IMG/VR virus record: IMGVR_UViG_3300024999_000002
Direction: 5' to 3' (one strand)
DNA: 64,000 bases
Source: a virus
Each line of letters starts with the position of its first letter. Positions within the stretch are counted from its first letter, which is position 1. Shown here piece by piece: positions 6,930-16,661 of this stretch. A program made the position numbers and the translations under genes. The notes beneath the pieces are model-generated. The model saw only the letters and a program-made list of their open reading frames with translations. It ran no database searches and was not told the origin of the DNA.

Positions 6930-8052
6930 ATCAAAGCAAGAAATCCAAGATTATGGAGTTGAAGTGGCTAATTCAAACCAGAATGTTTTATTTGAATGGG
7001 CCACTGGACTAGGAAAATCTTTAGCAGCAATTAGAGTAATGGAGGCTTATGGTGGACGATGGAATATTGTCATTGCTGAAACTAACCATGAATCTAATTG
7101 GAGAGAACAGTTTAAGGAGCATGGTAAAGAACATCTTTTAACTAATGTAAACTTCTTCTGTTATCAATCCATGAGTAAGTATATTGAGAATGCTAATTTC
7201 ATCTTTGATGAGGGGCATCATATACTTAGTGAACTTAGGTTGTCACATCTCACTGATATAGTAACATGTCAAGTAGGTAAGAGAAATGTATTTCTATCTG
7301 CCACAATGACATGGTTTCAAAAGAGCGTTATCACTTCAATCATTCCGAATTTAGTGGTATTTAAAGTTACTTTGTCACAAGCTATAAAATGGGGATTATT
7401 ACCTAAACCTAGTGTGTACTTGATACCTGTACAACTGGATGATACAATAAAAAATCAAGTATTTGAATACTCCAAGTCTAACCATGTTAGGTGTACTGAA
7501 GCAGGAGCATACAAATTAATTAGTAGCAGAGTAGAACTGTACAAACAGAAATACTATGATACTAGACAACACTGGGATAAAATACGTTGGCTTAGAGCAG
7601 GGGGAATTAGGAAACAATTCTTAGCAGATTGTAAAACTACTCATGCTAAAATTTTACTAGAGAAACTTCAAGACAAGAGACTTATTTGTTTTGCAGGATC
7701 TATACCACAAGCAGAAGAACTTAGTGGAGGTAATGCTATACATTCTAAAGTCCCTAAAAAACAAAGGGAGGTAATGATTGCTAATTTTAACAATGAAGAA
7801 TCACATAAATTATTTGTGGTTGATATGTTGAAAGAAGGCATGAACTTAAAGCATATTGAAGCCGGTATAAATGTTCAATTGGATAATGTTGAAAGATACT
7901 TCACGCAAACTCACGGGCGCGTACTTCGTTCTCAGTTCCCTGAGCAATATATCTTATACGTAGAAGATACCCAAGATGAAGTTTATATTACTACTGCACT
8001 TGAAAACTTTGATTTAACATACGTGAAAAAAATTAACTTAGACGAAATTTAA
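6913..8052 (+). CDS. Superfamily 2 (DEAD/DEAH or SNF2-like) helicase
   Basis: Walker A ATGLGKS, DEGHH box (IFDEGHH), SAT motif (LSATMT). Confidence 0.7.
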   Translation: MSQNFKSKQEIQDYGVEVANSNQNVLFEWATGLGKSLAAIRVMEAYGGRWNIVIAETNHESNWREQFKEHGKEHLLTNVNFFCYQSMSKYIENANFIFDEGHHILSELRLSHLTDIVTCQVGKRNVFLSATMTWFQKSVITSIIPNLVVFKVTLSQAIKWGLLPKPSVYLIPVQLDDTIKNQVFEYSKSNHVRCTEAGAYKLISSRVELYKQKYYDTRQHWDKIRWLRAGGIRKQFLADCKTTHAKILLEKLQDKRLICFAGSIPQAEELSGGNAIHSKVPKKQREVMIANFNNEESHKLFVVDMLKEGMNLKHIEAGINVQLDNVERYFTQTHGRVLRSQFPEQYILYVEDTQDEVYITTALENFDLTYVKKINLDEI

Positions 8053-8279
8053 TGACTTACACAAAAGTAAAACTAGCACAGTGTCCAAAACCAGTTGAGG
8101 TAGATGTATACTTCACTGAAACTGAAATAGAAATTCCTGTTGGGGAAAATGACACTATTCCGGACACAGCCATAGAGATTGACGAGATTAATTACGATGG
8201 AGATATTTTAACAATATTTGCATGGTATAAATACAGTGATTTAATTGATGAAATAGTCGGACATCTTAAAAAGAAATAG
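8052..8279 (+). CDS. Hypothetical acidic protein
   Basis: ATGA-type overlap with the upstream stop. Confidence 0.5.
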   Translation: MTYTKVKLAQCPKPVEVDVYFTETEIEIPVGENDTIPDTAIEIDEINYDGDILTIFAWYKYSDLIDEIVGHLKKK

Positions 8280-8280
8280 T

Positions 8281-8466
8281 ATGAGAAGTAAAAAATCAGC
8301 TAAAAAATCAAAACTATCAGCAAGTCTTTCAAAATATTCTGGAAAGACTCTTGCTAGATTAGTTGCTTTAAAAGATATAACTGCAGAAGGTTGGCATCAG
8401 GCCTTTCCTTATGAAAGAGATATCTTAGAATTAAATGCAGCAGATTTGGAATTGATTTATGATTAA
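8281..8466 (+). CDS. Hypothetical small basic protein
   Basis: 61-aa ORF in the array. Confidence 0.4.
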   Translation: MRSKKSAKKSKLSASLSKYSGKTLARLVALKDITAEGWHQAFPYERDILELNAADLELIYD

Positions 8467-8701
8467 AACTGCAATTAAACCGTCAATAAAAGCAATAACA
8501 AGACCATTACCTGATGTTTTAGGGAGTATTATTAAAGCCCTAGAGCAAGAAGGAGTTCAATACAATGGTTTAAGTGAACTTGCTAAAATTATCACTAACC
8601 GATTTAATGTAACTGTAACTGAAGATGATCTAATAAATTATTATCAGCCTAGGATATGTGAGATAGAAAGTGAGTTATTGTATAAATTATACGGATATTA
8701 A
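8459..8701 (+). CDS. Hypothetical protein
   Basis: 80-aa ORF overlapping its neighbour by 8 nt. Confidence 0.45.
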   Translation: MIKTAIKPSIKAITRPLPDVLGSIIKALEQEGVQYNGLSELAKIITNRFNVTVTEDDLINYYQPRICEIESELLYKLYGY

Positions 8702-8720
8702 CCTAAACAAAATAATAAAA

Positions 8721-9050
8721 ATGAAACAATCATTCAAAGAGTTTTTACTCTTACACAAACTTGCTGTTGAACTAACATCTAGAATTTCTTTAATTCTATT
8801 TATAATTGCAGCATTCTTAGGCCCAATAATTCCCTTTCACGGGTTTATGTTTGGCTTAATCTTTTTAATCTTTGTGGTACTTATTGTATCAGTTCGCTTA
8901 GAATATCATATTGATGATATGGAAGAAGATGATTTTACAACCTTTCTAAAAGATTTTAAAGATAGGTTAGATAACCGTGACTGTGAAGAATGTGCTGATA
9001 AAGATTCTTGCACTATAAAGGAGGAAAAAACAGATGAACAACCAGTTTAA
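8721..9050 (+). CDS. Membrane protein with an acidic C-terminus (start at the internal ATG)
   Basis: Two hydrophobic segments (ISLILFIIAAFLGPIIPF, GLIFLIFVVLIVSV). ATG 8721 avoids overlap with the previous gene. Confidence 0.5.
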   Translation: MKQSFKEFLLLHKLAVELTSRISLILFIIAAFLGPIIPFHGFMFGLIFLIFVVLIVSVRLEYHIDDMEEDDFTTFLKDFKDRLDNRDCEECADKDSCTIKEEKTDEQPV

Positions 9051-9453
9051 ACCAATTGAGGTGTACATCCATGATTCTGTCAATGACAAAGATGGACGAA
9101 TTCACCGTATTACTGCCTGTGGTCTTGGATTTAAAGGCGTAGGAGTAGGTGTTGGGATTTCTATTACTAATCCTGTTGACATACATAATCAACAGTTAGG
9201 TCAAGTAATAGCAAAAGGTAGAGCATTTAAGAGCCCTTGTGTAAGTATTTCTATAATGCCTAAATACCCTTTAACAAAAGTTGCTATCAATAAAATGGTA
9301 GAGAATGTAGTGGCTGATCTTAAAGCTCATCCAGATGCATTCATTGGGGGATTTACCAAAAAGTTTAAGAAAACTAAACCAGTTGAAGTTCCTTTAAATG
9401 GAACAATTCAAGAAGAACCAACTTTACATGAAAGAGTTGTAAAAGAAGCGTAA
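9034..9453 (+). CDS. Hypothetical protein
   Basis: 139-aa ORF. Confidence 0.5.
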   Translation: MNNQFKPIEVYIHDSVNDKDGRIHRITACGLGFKGVGVGVGISITNPVDIHNQQLGQVIAKGRAFKSPCVSISIMPKYPLTKVAINKMVENVVADLKAHPDAFIGGFTKKFKKTKPVEVPLNGTIQEEPTLHERVVKEA

Positions 9454-9983
9454 TGTCTGAATTAAGTATTAATTTAGATAAGTTACAGGAGTCTGGGCTG
9501 TTCATAGAAGAGTTTGTATATTTACAAATGATTAATGACGGCCTAGAGCCTGAGGCTTATAAGATGAGTGACAAAAATGCTCTTCAGCATCTGTCTGAAG
9601 GGTTATGGATTAAACCTACTGAAGGTGGATGGGAATTGCGATCAAAAGCAGTAGCCTTATTCACGGTAGTTTCCATGGTAAATTTTGATGAGTTTTGGGA
9701 CGCATTCCCCATAACAACTCCAAAAGGTAGAACTCTGCGTGCAGGTTCTAAAGAATGGGGTGGAAAACCTACCAGAGATTATCTGGTTTGTAAGAAGAAA
9801 TATCTAGCTAAAATAAAAGATAAAGAATCACATGATAAGATTGTGGCTATTATCAAAGCTAGATTATACAGTGGAGATTATGAATATATTAATAATCTCG
9901 AAACATATATTAATCAAGAAGTTTGGCAGAAAGATGTCAAATACTTAAAGAACGAGGGGGACTGGGCACACCAGAGAGTATGA
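9453..9983 (+). CDS. Hypothetical protein, possibly a replication accessory
   Basis: 176-aa ORF translationally coupled (ATGA) to the helicase gene. Confidence 0.5.
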   Translation: MSELSINLDKLQESGLFIEEFVYLQMINDGLEPEAYKMSDKNALQHLSEGLWIKPTEGGWELRSKAVALFTVVSMVNFDEFWDAFPITTPKGRTLRAGSKEWGGKPTRDYLVCKKKYLAKIKDKESHDKIVAIIKARLYSGDYEYINNLETYINQEVWQKDVKYLKNEGDWAHQRV

Positions 9984-11092
9984 GTGAATTATTTGATAGC
10001 GTATTTAACCAGATACTTGAAAACAAGTCTCTGCGTGAACAAGGTAAAGATATCTGTATTCCTTTCCCATTTCCAAGATTCTCCGCTGAGATCCCTGGAA
10101 TTCAGAAAGGTAGATACTATATTGTAACGGCAAATAGTAAAGTGGGTAAGACTCAAATATGTGATTTTTTGTTCATGTATGGCCCTTACAGTTTTACTAA
10201 AAATAATAACACAAACATAAAAATACGCATAATTTACTTCACATTAGAAATGTCCAAAGAGGATAAAGTCAAACAGGCTATATCCCATTTTTTATTTATT
10301 TTAAAGGGAATAAGAATCCACCCAGATAAAATGGATTCAATATTTAAAAATTACATACTAGAAGATCCATTAGTACAGGCTATTGAAGAAATTAAGCCTT
10401 ATGTATCAGATTTTCTAAGTCGTGTTACATTCATTGACCACACAAGAAATCCGTATGGAATATACAAAGCAGTACGAGAGTATGCACATGCGCATGGACA
10501 CTATATAGATAAAGAAGGAACCACATTAAATACAGAATGGATTGAATCGGGATTTAATGAAGAGGGTAAAAAAATCTTCCAATATGTTCCTAATGATCCA
10601 GATGAATTTGTAATTGTAATAACTGACCATGTCAGTTTATTAACTCCTGAAAAAGAAGGAACATTACATGAAGCTATTGGTAAACTTTCATCAAATTATT
10701 CATTACATATCAGAGATAGATGGAAGTATATTGTAGTAAATGTGCAACAACAGGCAGCTGCACAAGAAGGTGTAGAAAATGCCGCTGCTAATATGATCAG
10801 ACCATCAGCGAATGGATTAGGAGATAACAAGCTAACTGGCAGAGATTGTGATATGATGCTTGGATTATTTGCTCCTATTAGATTCAGACGTGCTGAATGG
10901 GAAGGTTATGATATCAAAAGGCTCAGAGATGCTTATAGAGAATTATCTGTCATATTAAACAGAAGAGGTAGTGCAGTCCTAACAGACGTGTACTTTGATG
11001 GTTGTGTAAACTATTTTGCCGAATTGCCTACCTCAAATAAAATGACACCAGAAATGTATAAAGCTGTCGAAGAGCGTAGAGTAAGACCTTAA
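9980..11092 (+). CDS. DnaB-like / T7 gp4-like replicative helicase (RecA-fold)
   Basis: Walker A ANSKVGKTQ and Walker B-like VIVITDHVSLL. ATG 9980 overlaps the upstream TGA. Confidence 0.7.
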   Translation: MSELFDSVFNQILENKSLREQGKDICIPFPFPRFSAEIPGIQKGRYYIVTANSKVGKTQICDFLFMYGPYSFTKNNNTNIKIRIIYFTLEMSKEDKVKQAISHFLFILKGIRIHPDKMDSIFKNYILEDPLVQAIEEIKPYVSDFLSRVTFIDHTRNPYGIYKAVREYAHAHGHYIDKEGTTLNTEWIESGFNEEGKKIFQYVPNDPDEFVIVITDHVSLLTPEKEGTLHEAIGKLSSNYSLHIRDRWKYIVVNVQQQAAAQEGVENAAANMIRPSANGLGDNKLTGRDCDMMLGLFAPIRFRRAEWEGYDIKRLRDAYRELSVILNRRGSAVLTDVYFDGCVNYFAELPTSNKMTPEMYKAVEERRVRP

Positions 11093-11179
11093 TGTTAGTA
11101 AAACTTAATATAAAATTAACATTAACTTAACACGCTTTTCATTTATTCTATTTATCTTTAGGAATTAAATTTAAAAATT

Positions 11180-11944
11180 ATGAATAAAGAGAATGTATTA
11201 GTTAAAATTTATGAATTAAGAGATCCTAGAGACTTAAAATGTAGCCCTAGATATATTGGAATTACAGTAAAAAAATTAGAATATAGACTAAGTTTACATT
11301 TAAATAAAAAAGGACTGCAAATAAAAACATATAAAAACAATTGGATAAAGTCTTTACTAGAAGAAAATATTAAACCGACTATACACTTGATTGAAGAAAT
11401 TCAAGGTTGGGAATACGCTTGTAAAGTTGAAAAATATTGGATTAAAGAATTCAAGAAACAAAATTATAAGCTTACCAACGGTACTCTAGGCGGTGAAGGT
11501 GGAGGAGGGTGTGGTAGAATATGGACAAAAGAAAGTAAAGAAAAAGCAAGTAAAACAAGAATAAAATTACTTTTAAATGGTAAGTTAACAATACATAGAA
11601 AACCACACTCTGAAGAAGCTAAAAGAAAAATGTCTGAAAGTCACAAAGGAAAAGTCTTTTCTGAAGAGTATAGAAAAAATATATCCATTGCTAAAAAAGG
11701 AACAGTATGCCAAGAAAATAAAAAATTACGACAAAAAGAAAATAGATCTGAACCAATGATTGTAAAATATGATAATGGAATTATAAAAGAATTTTCTAGT
11801 GGTGCAGATTGTCGTAAAAGCTTAAAAATAGCTGAAATTACTTATTATAAATGCCTAAAATCTAATGGTTATTTAAAAAAGAAAAAACTTACAATCTCTT
11901 TTAAAAATCCAAGAAAAAGAACTTCATTTAAGTTAAACGAATAA
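11180..11944 (+). CDS. Free-standing GIY-YIG homing endonuclease with NUMOD3-like repeats
   Basis: IYELRDP...RYIGIT (GIY-YIG); repeated HSEEAKRKMSESHKGK and SEEYRKNISIAKKG. Confidence 0.8.
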   Translation: MNKENVLVKIYELRDPRDLKCSPRYIGITVKKLEYRLSLHLNKKGLQIKTYKNNWIKSLLEENIKPTIHLIEEIQGWEYACKVEKYWIKEFKKQNYKLTNGTLGGEGGGGCGRIWTKESKEKASKTRIKLLLNGKLTIHRKPHSEEAKRKMSESHKGKVFSEEYRKNISIAKKGTVCQENKKLRQKENRSEPMIVKYDNGIIKEFSSGADCRKSLKIAEITYYKCLKSNGYLKKKKLTISFKNPRKRTSFKLNE

Positions 11945-11951
11945 TAAAACA

Positions 11952-12452
11952 ATGAAAAAAGTATGTACAACAACATTAGCCTTACTACTCACAGTCCCCC
12001 TATTTGCCCCTAATCCCGGAGAAGATATTATGACTATTTGTGCTCCTACTCCTATTAAATATAATATGGAGTTAGAGAATAGGAAGATCAGAATATTTTC
12101 TGCAATTTGGGCAGTAGAACACCCAAAAACAAAAGCACAAGCTAGAGCAGCCTTTTTAAAAGAGGGGGCTTTAGGCCCATTTCAAATTCATAAAGAATTT
12201 GTAAATGATGTAAACGATATAGTTTTAAAACAGAAAAAGTATACACATAATGATTGTCTAGATAGCTTGAAATCTATAGAGATAATGACATTATATCATG
12301 GGTATTATGTTCCTGCTTTTGATACCTATAAAGTAGCGATGACACATAATGGTGGGCCTACTTGGTATAAAGCCACTCCAAAACAAGCAAAAAAATTACA
12401 AGAATATTGGTATAAAGTAAACAAACACCTTAAGAAAAATGGAAGAAGTTAA
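11952..12452 (+). CDS. Secreted protein, possibly lytic-transglycosylase-like
   Basis: Signal-like N-terminus MKKVCTTTLALLLTVPLFA. AVEH...GALGPFQI resembles the SLT E...GLMQI motif; the match is weak. Confidence 0.4.
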   Translation: MKKVCTTTLALLLTVPLFAPNPGEDIMTICAPTPIKYNMELENRKIRIFSAIWAVEHPKTKAQARAAFLKEGALGPFQIHKEFVNDVNDIVLKQKKYTHNDCLDSLKSIEIMTLYHGYYVPAFDTYKVAMTHNGGPTWYKATPKQAKKLQEYWYKVNKHLKKNGRS

Positions 12453-12792
12453 ATTAACAGAAATGCCTGGGGCATTTGTAGGTTCCTTAATCAGGAATAA
12501 CAAACAAATTAAAGAAGATCGCGCCACTGCTATTGCAGAAGATGTAGAGATTCTTTTTAAAAGAGAAGTTGAAGATCTAGAACTTCAAATCAAGAAAACT
12601 AGGAGAGATAGAGAATCATTATTGGATTTATCCCCAACTAATGCTACTTCATTAATTCTAGCATCTGATTTTAATTCAAAGAATTTTATTGCAAAGTATC
12701 TTGAACTAGGGCTTACTATTAGAAATCTTGGGATCAGACTTGAGATTGCTACAGAAGGTTATAATTATTTATTTAAAGCTAAAGCAGAGTAA
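12439..12792 (+). CDS. Hypothetical protein (coiled-coil)
   Basis: 117-aa ORF. Confidence 0.5.
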   Translation: MEEVKLTEMPGAFVGSLIRNNKQIKEDRATAIAEDVEILFKREVEDLELQIKKTRRDRESLLDLSPTNATSLILASDFNSKNFIAKYLELGLTIRNLGIRLEIATEGYNYLFKAKAE

Positions 12793-12794
12793 TC

Positions 12795-12908
12795 ATGGGA
12801 ATGGTAGAAAGAATTGAATCTACAGAAACTGTAGAACAAGAAATAGTAATGCCTACTAAAGAAGAAGTTGGCGAAGTTCCAGTTGAAATTTTAGAAGAAG
12901 GTAAGTAA
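12795..12908 (+). CDS. Possible 37-aa acidic micro-ORF
   Basis: MGMVERIESTETVEQEIVMPTKEEVGEVPVEILEEGK; exactly fills the gap and ends in a TAATG overlap with the next start. Confidence 0.3.
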   Translation: MGMVERIESTETVEQEIVMPTKEEVGEVPVEILEEGK

Positions 12909-13762
12909 TGGGATTTTCAAATTACTCAGTTCAAAACAGTCTTAGTAATAGGGTATCAAAACACTATTATACTAAGAGCGCGGATGAAATCTTTACACAA
13001 AATAAAGTAAAGAGAATCCATCCTTCTATGGATCCTAAGGGGATAATTGTTAGAGAGTGCCTAGATTCTGAAGCACATCCTCTTACTGTTCCGATTATAC
13101 TCAGTCTAGACCTTACAGGAAGTATGCAACAAATTCCTTTAAATCTAATTAGAAATGGATTGCCTAAGTTAATGGGTCGTCTAGTTCAGAATGGAGTTAA
13201 AGATGCATCCTTACTATTTGTAGGAGTAGGTGATCACGAATGTGATGATGCTCCACTTCAAGTTGGACAATTTGAAAGTGGTGATGAAGAGTTAGACTTA
13301 TGGCTAACTAGAACTTGGATTGAAGGTGGTGGCGGTGGTAATGGAGGAGAAAGTTATTTATTAGCTTGGTACTTTGGAGCTTTCCACACTAAGATTGATT
13401 CATTCGAGAAAAGAGGTAAGAAGGGTTTCCTATTTACTATTGGGGATGAGCCATGTCTAAGAAACTTACCTGCTCGTTCTATTGCTGAAATTATAGCAGA
13501 AGGGCAGCATAGTACCTTTACAGAGGAGCAATTACTTGCAAAAGCTCAAGAAAAATACAATGTATTTCATATACATGTATTAGAAGGACAGCAAGGACAT
13601 AGTTCATTACCTTATTGGAAGAAATTACTTGGACAGAATTGTATTGAAGTAAGTGATTACGAAACAATTCCAACAGTAGTTGCTGAAATAGTAATGAAAA
13701 ATTCGGAGGTAACTTTGGTTGCTCCTGCAACAGATTTAACCAATACACAAGAAATTCTATAA
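12908..13762 (+). CDS. von Willebrand factor A (vWA)-like domain protein
   Basis: MIDAS-like DLTGSM followed by a Rossmann-like alternation; internal GGGGGNGGES loop. Confidence 0.5.
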   Translation: MGFSNYSVQNSLSNRVSKHYYTKSADEIFTQNKVKRIHPSMDPKGIIVRECLDSEAHPLTVPIILSLDLTGSMQQIPLNLIRNGLPKLMGRLVQNGVKDASLLFVGVGDHECDDAPLQVGQFESGDEELDLWLTRTWIEGGGGGNGGESYLLAWYFGAFHTKIDSFEKRGKKGFLFTIGDEPCLRNLPARSIAEIIAEGQHSTFTEEQLLAKAQEKYNVFHIHVLEGQQGHSSLPYWKKLLGQNCIEVSDYETIPTVVAEIVMKNSEVTLVAPATDLTNTQEIL

Positions 13763-13763
13763 G

Positions 13764-14894
13764 ATGGAAGCACAGATCGTAGTGGGACTCGGTTTTGGGG
13801 ATGAAGGCAAAGGCAACTTTACTAGTTATCTTTGTAATGAACACAAAACTGAAAAACCTTTAGTTATAAGATTCTCAGGAGGCCAACAAGCAGGTCATAC
13901 TGTAATGTATAAAGGTAAAAAACATATATTTTCTAACTATGGTAGCGGCACTCTTCAAGGAGTAGCCACACATATTTCTGAACATTGTTCTTTCTATCTT
14001 AATACAATGGCTGTGGAGAGAGAGATATTAAAGAAAACTTTTAATATCAATCCCATCTTAAGTGTGCATCCTTTAGCTATGGTAACCACACCTTACGATG
14101 TAGCTTTTGGTAGACTTAGGGAACGTACTGTTAAACATGGTAGTTGTGGGTTAGGTATTGGTACTACTGCTGCTAGACATACTAATACAGGCTTTAAGTT
14201 ACATGCAATAGACATGGAACATAAAGGCATTTTCGGAGTAAAACTTGCTAATATTAAGGAGTATTACGCCGATAAAGCAGCACAAATGGGAACAATTGCT
14301 CTGGATGAGTACATGGCAGAGGTTGATCGTCTTGAACAAGATTACTTCGACCTTATAAACAAAGAACTCTTTACAATCAAGAATAATGATGAGGCCACTG
14401 ATAAGGCAGAGACTCTTATCTTCGAGGGATCACAGGGAATAATGTTGGACAAGGATCATGGGATATTTCCTAATGTTACTTATGCCAATACTACTTCTAA
14501 GAATGCAGTACAAATCTGTAAAGAATTAGAAGTTCCATTCTCAATTAACTATATCACAAGGTGTTATCAAACACGTCATGGGAATGGTTGGATGAGTAAT
14601 GAGAACCCTGTAATCCTAATGAATGATGAAGAGGAAATTAATAAAAGTAATTCTTGGCAGGGAGATTTCAGAACTGCAGAACTTGATTATGATCTTTTAA
14701 ACCTTGCAATTGGAATTGATTTCAGTTATTGTGGAGGTGTAGAAAATACTAATCTAGTAGTTACTTGTTTAGATCAAATTCCAGGGATAGAGTTTGAAGA
14801 ACATAAGATCATTTATGAAATAGATGAAATTTATGAATCTCACTCTCCCGAATCAACAAAGATCAAGGCTCTTGTAGGGTCATTAATGCGTTAA
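13764..14894 (+). CDS. Adenylosuccinate synthetase family enzyme (PurA/PurZ-like), short and divergent
   Basis: GFGDEGKG P-loop, GGQQAGHT, GLGIGTT, FEGSQG, TRHGNG. The GxxTGRRRR loop is replaced by SWQGDFRTAELD. Confidence 0.85.
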   Translation: MEAQIVVGLGFGDEGKGNFTSYLCNEHKTEKPLVIRFSGGQQAGHTVMYKGKKHIFSNYGSGTLQGVATHISEHCSFYLNTMAVEREILKKTFNINPILSVHPLAMVTTPYDVAFGRLRERTVKHGSCGLGIGTTAARHTNTGFKLHAIDMEHKGIFGVKLANIKEYYADKAAQMGTIALDEYMAEVDRLEQDYFDLINKELFTIKNNDEATDKAETLIFEGSQGIMLDKDHGIFPNVTYANTTSKNAVQICKELEVPFSINYITRCYQTRHGNGWMSNENPVILMNDEEEINKSNSWQGDFRTAELDYDLLNLAIGIDFSYCGGVENTNLVVTCLDQIPGIEFEEHKIIYEIDEIYESHSPESTKIKALVGSLMR

Positions 14895-14901
14895 CATACT
14901 T

Positions 14902-14931
14902 AATAGGTGCTGTAATGGCACCTATTATTTT
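14902..14931 (+). terminator. Rho-independent terminator
   Basis: AATAGGTGC(14902-14910)/GCACCTATT(14918-14926) followed by ATTTT. Confidence 0.65.
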
Positions 14932-14942
14932 AAAATTAAATC

Positions 14943-15242
14943 ATGGAAAGAGAAAAGATTAAGTTAAGTAATGAAGAGTGGTGTAATTTAGTTTGGGAAA
15001 ACTATATTAATCTTGACGGAGTAGAGGTTTCATTTACAGAAATACAATCTAATTATGATGGTAGTAGAAGACATACTGAAGATCATCATAAAATACTAAA
15101 GAGAAATATTGATGGTAAATTCTTTAGAGTTGACTATGAAACTTCTGTAAAAGATGAGATGGGATGGAGTGAATGCAATAACGGTGATACTGAAGTAATT
15201 GAAGTATTTCCGCAAGAAGAAATCAAAATAATTTATAAATAA
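14943..15242 (+). CDS. Hypothetical protein
   Basis: 99-aa ORF. Confidence 0.5.
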   Translation: MEREKIKLSNEEWCNLVWENYINLDGVEVSFTEIQSNYDGSRRHTEDHHKILKRNIDGKFFRVDYETSVKDEMGWSECNNGDTEVIEVFPQEEIKIIYK

Positions 15243-15985
15243 TGGAATTACCTACAGGTATAGTTAAGGCTCTACATAAAAGCCCTAGAAGATTATTAAT
15301 TTACAGTCCACCTAAATGTGGTAAAACCACAGCGGTATCTTTTTTACAAAATTCGTTAATTGTAGATTTGGAAAGAGGATCTGATTTTTTAGATGCTGTA
15401 AAAGTAAGTGTTAATAATCTAGATGATATAAAGGAACTTATTGCTGCAGTCAAAAAAGCAGGCAGACCTTATAAGTATGGTATTATAGATACCACTACAA
15501 AATTAGAAGAAATGGTGCTTCCTTATGCCGCCAAATTATACAGGGATACCCCGATGGGTAAAAATTGGGAAAAACTTCCAAATGGTGATCCTAATCCTAA
15601 TGTTAGTATTTTATCATTACCTAATGGAGGTGGATATCTATATTTAAGAGAGGCTTATACAGCCGTATCTACTGCATTAGACGCTTGTTTTGATCGTGTT
15701 ATATATTTAGGGCATTTAAAAGACAAGATGTTGGAAAAGAATGGCAAAGAAGTTTCGGCAAGGGACATTGATTTAACAGGTAAGATTAGAAATATTGCTT
15801 GTGCTAATGCTGATGCCATAGGCTATATGTATAGAGAAGGTAATAAAACAATGTTATCTTTTAAAACATCTCAAGATGTTATATGTGGAGCACGCCCAGA
15901 ACATTTAAGGGATAAAGAAATAACTTTATTAGAATATAATGATGGTAAATTTACCAATCATTGGGATGAAATTTACATAGATTAA
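15242..15985 (+). CDS. Sak4-like / AAA_24 RecA-fold recombination ATPase
   Basis: Walker A YSPPKCGKTT; IIDTTTKLEE; IYLGHLKDK. Confidence 0.6.
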   Translation: MELPTGIVKALHKSPRRLLIYSPPKCGKTTAVSFLQNSLIVDLERGSDFLDAVKVSVNNLDDIKELIAAVKKAGRPYKYGIIDTTTKLEEMVLPYAAKLYRDTPMGKNWEKLPNGDPNPNVSILSLPNGGGYLYLREAYTAVSTALDACFDRVIYLGHLKDKMLEKNGKEVSARDIDLTGKIRNIACANADAIGYMYREGNKTMLSFKTSQDVICGARPEHLRDKEITLLEYNDGKFTNHWDEIYID

Positions 15986-16005
15986 TAAAAATTTATGTAA
16001 AAATA

Positions 16006-16037
16006 CTTGTTTATGTTAGACTTATTAATTATATTTG
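16006..16037 (+). promoter_or_regulatory. Host-type promoter for the free-standing LAGLIDADG gene
   Basis: CTTG(16006-16009)-N20-TATATTTG(16030-16037), 14 nt before ATG 16052. Confidence 0.4.
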
Positions 16038-16051
16038 TAAAAATATTAATT

Positions 16052-16645
16052 ATGAGTTTAATAGGAAACATTGAAATTACCCAAGAACAGAAGGAAATTC
16101 TGTTTGGTACATTATTAGGAGACGGAAACCTAAGATATAATGATAGCGGTAAAAGTGTATTTGGCAGAATGAATCATTCTGCCTCACAAGAAGAATATAT
16201 AAAATATAAACAGAGTAATCTTGCAAATCTAACTAGTAATGTTAAGTCTTATAAGGCTAAAGCTGGATTAAAATATTATGATAGTTTATATTTTACATTT
16301 AAATCTAATATACAATTAAACTCTTTATATCATGTTTTTTATGATGTGAATGGTAAAAAACATATTCCGGACGACTTAAGTTTATTAACTCCACGAGCTA
16401 TGGCTTTTTGGTTTATGGATGATGGTACAGCTTCAAATCCTACTATAAAAATAGCAACTTGTTGTTTTTCTATGTCAGATTTACTTAGATTACAAACATT
16501 TCTATCTGAGCAATATGGTATAGATACAGTAATAACAGGAGAAAGAAAGTTGTACTTTAAAGCAAAAACTAAGAAAATTTTTAAAACGTTGGTAGACCCT
16601 TATATAATAGAGTCTATGCGTTATAAACTTAAATTTATTAAGTAA
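16052..16645 (+). CDS. Free-standing LAGLIDADG homing endonuclease
   Basis: LLGDGNL and FWFMDDGT motifs. I prefer ATG 16052 because the tracked TTG start at 16007 lies upstream of the -7 box. Confidence 0.8.
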   Translation: MSLIGNIEITQEQKEILFGTLLGDGNLRYNDSGKSVFGRMNHSASQEEYIKYKQSNLANLTSNVKSYKAKAGLKYYDSLYFTFKSNIQLNSLYHVFYDVNGKKHIPDDLSLLTPRAMAFWFMDDGTASNPTIKIATCCFSMSDLLRLQTFLSEQYGIDTVITGERKLYFKAKTKKIFKTLVDPYIIESMRYKLKFIK

Positions 16646-16661
16646 CAAATAACAATTAAAT

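Noticed and set aside
9923-9979. Upstream start of the helicase ORF
   Set aside because: It overlaps the preceding gene by 60 nt. ATG 9980 forms an ATGA coupling with the upstream stop.
13518-13844. Minus-strand 108-aa ORF spanning the vWA/PurA-like gene junction, and other minus-strand ORFs in the plus arm (3000-3602, 4712-5032, 17385-17702, 21315-21879, 23701-24122, 25326-25631, and others)
   Set aside because: They are embedded antisense in genes with clear motifs and have the compositional look of shadow ORFs. The only convincing minus-strand gene in this arm is the LAGLIDADG ORF at 22356-23147.
13764-14894. Calling the AdSS homolog PurZ outright and declaring a diaminopurine (Z) genome
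   Set aside because: The P-loop keeps the PurA-like GDEGKG. No DatZ- or MazZ-like genes are visible in this window, and base modification cannot be read from sequence. It is kept as a hypothesis only.
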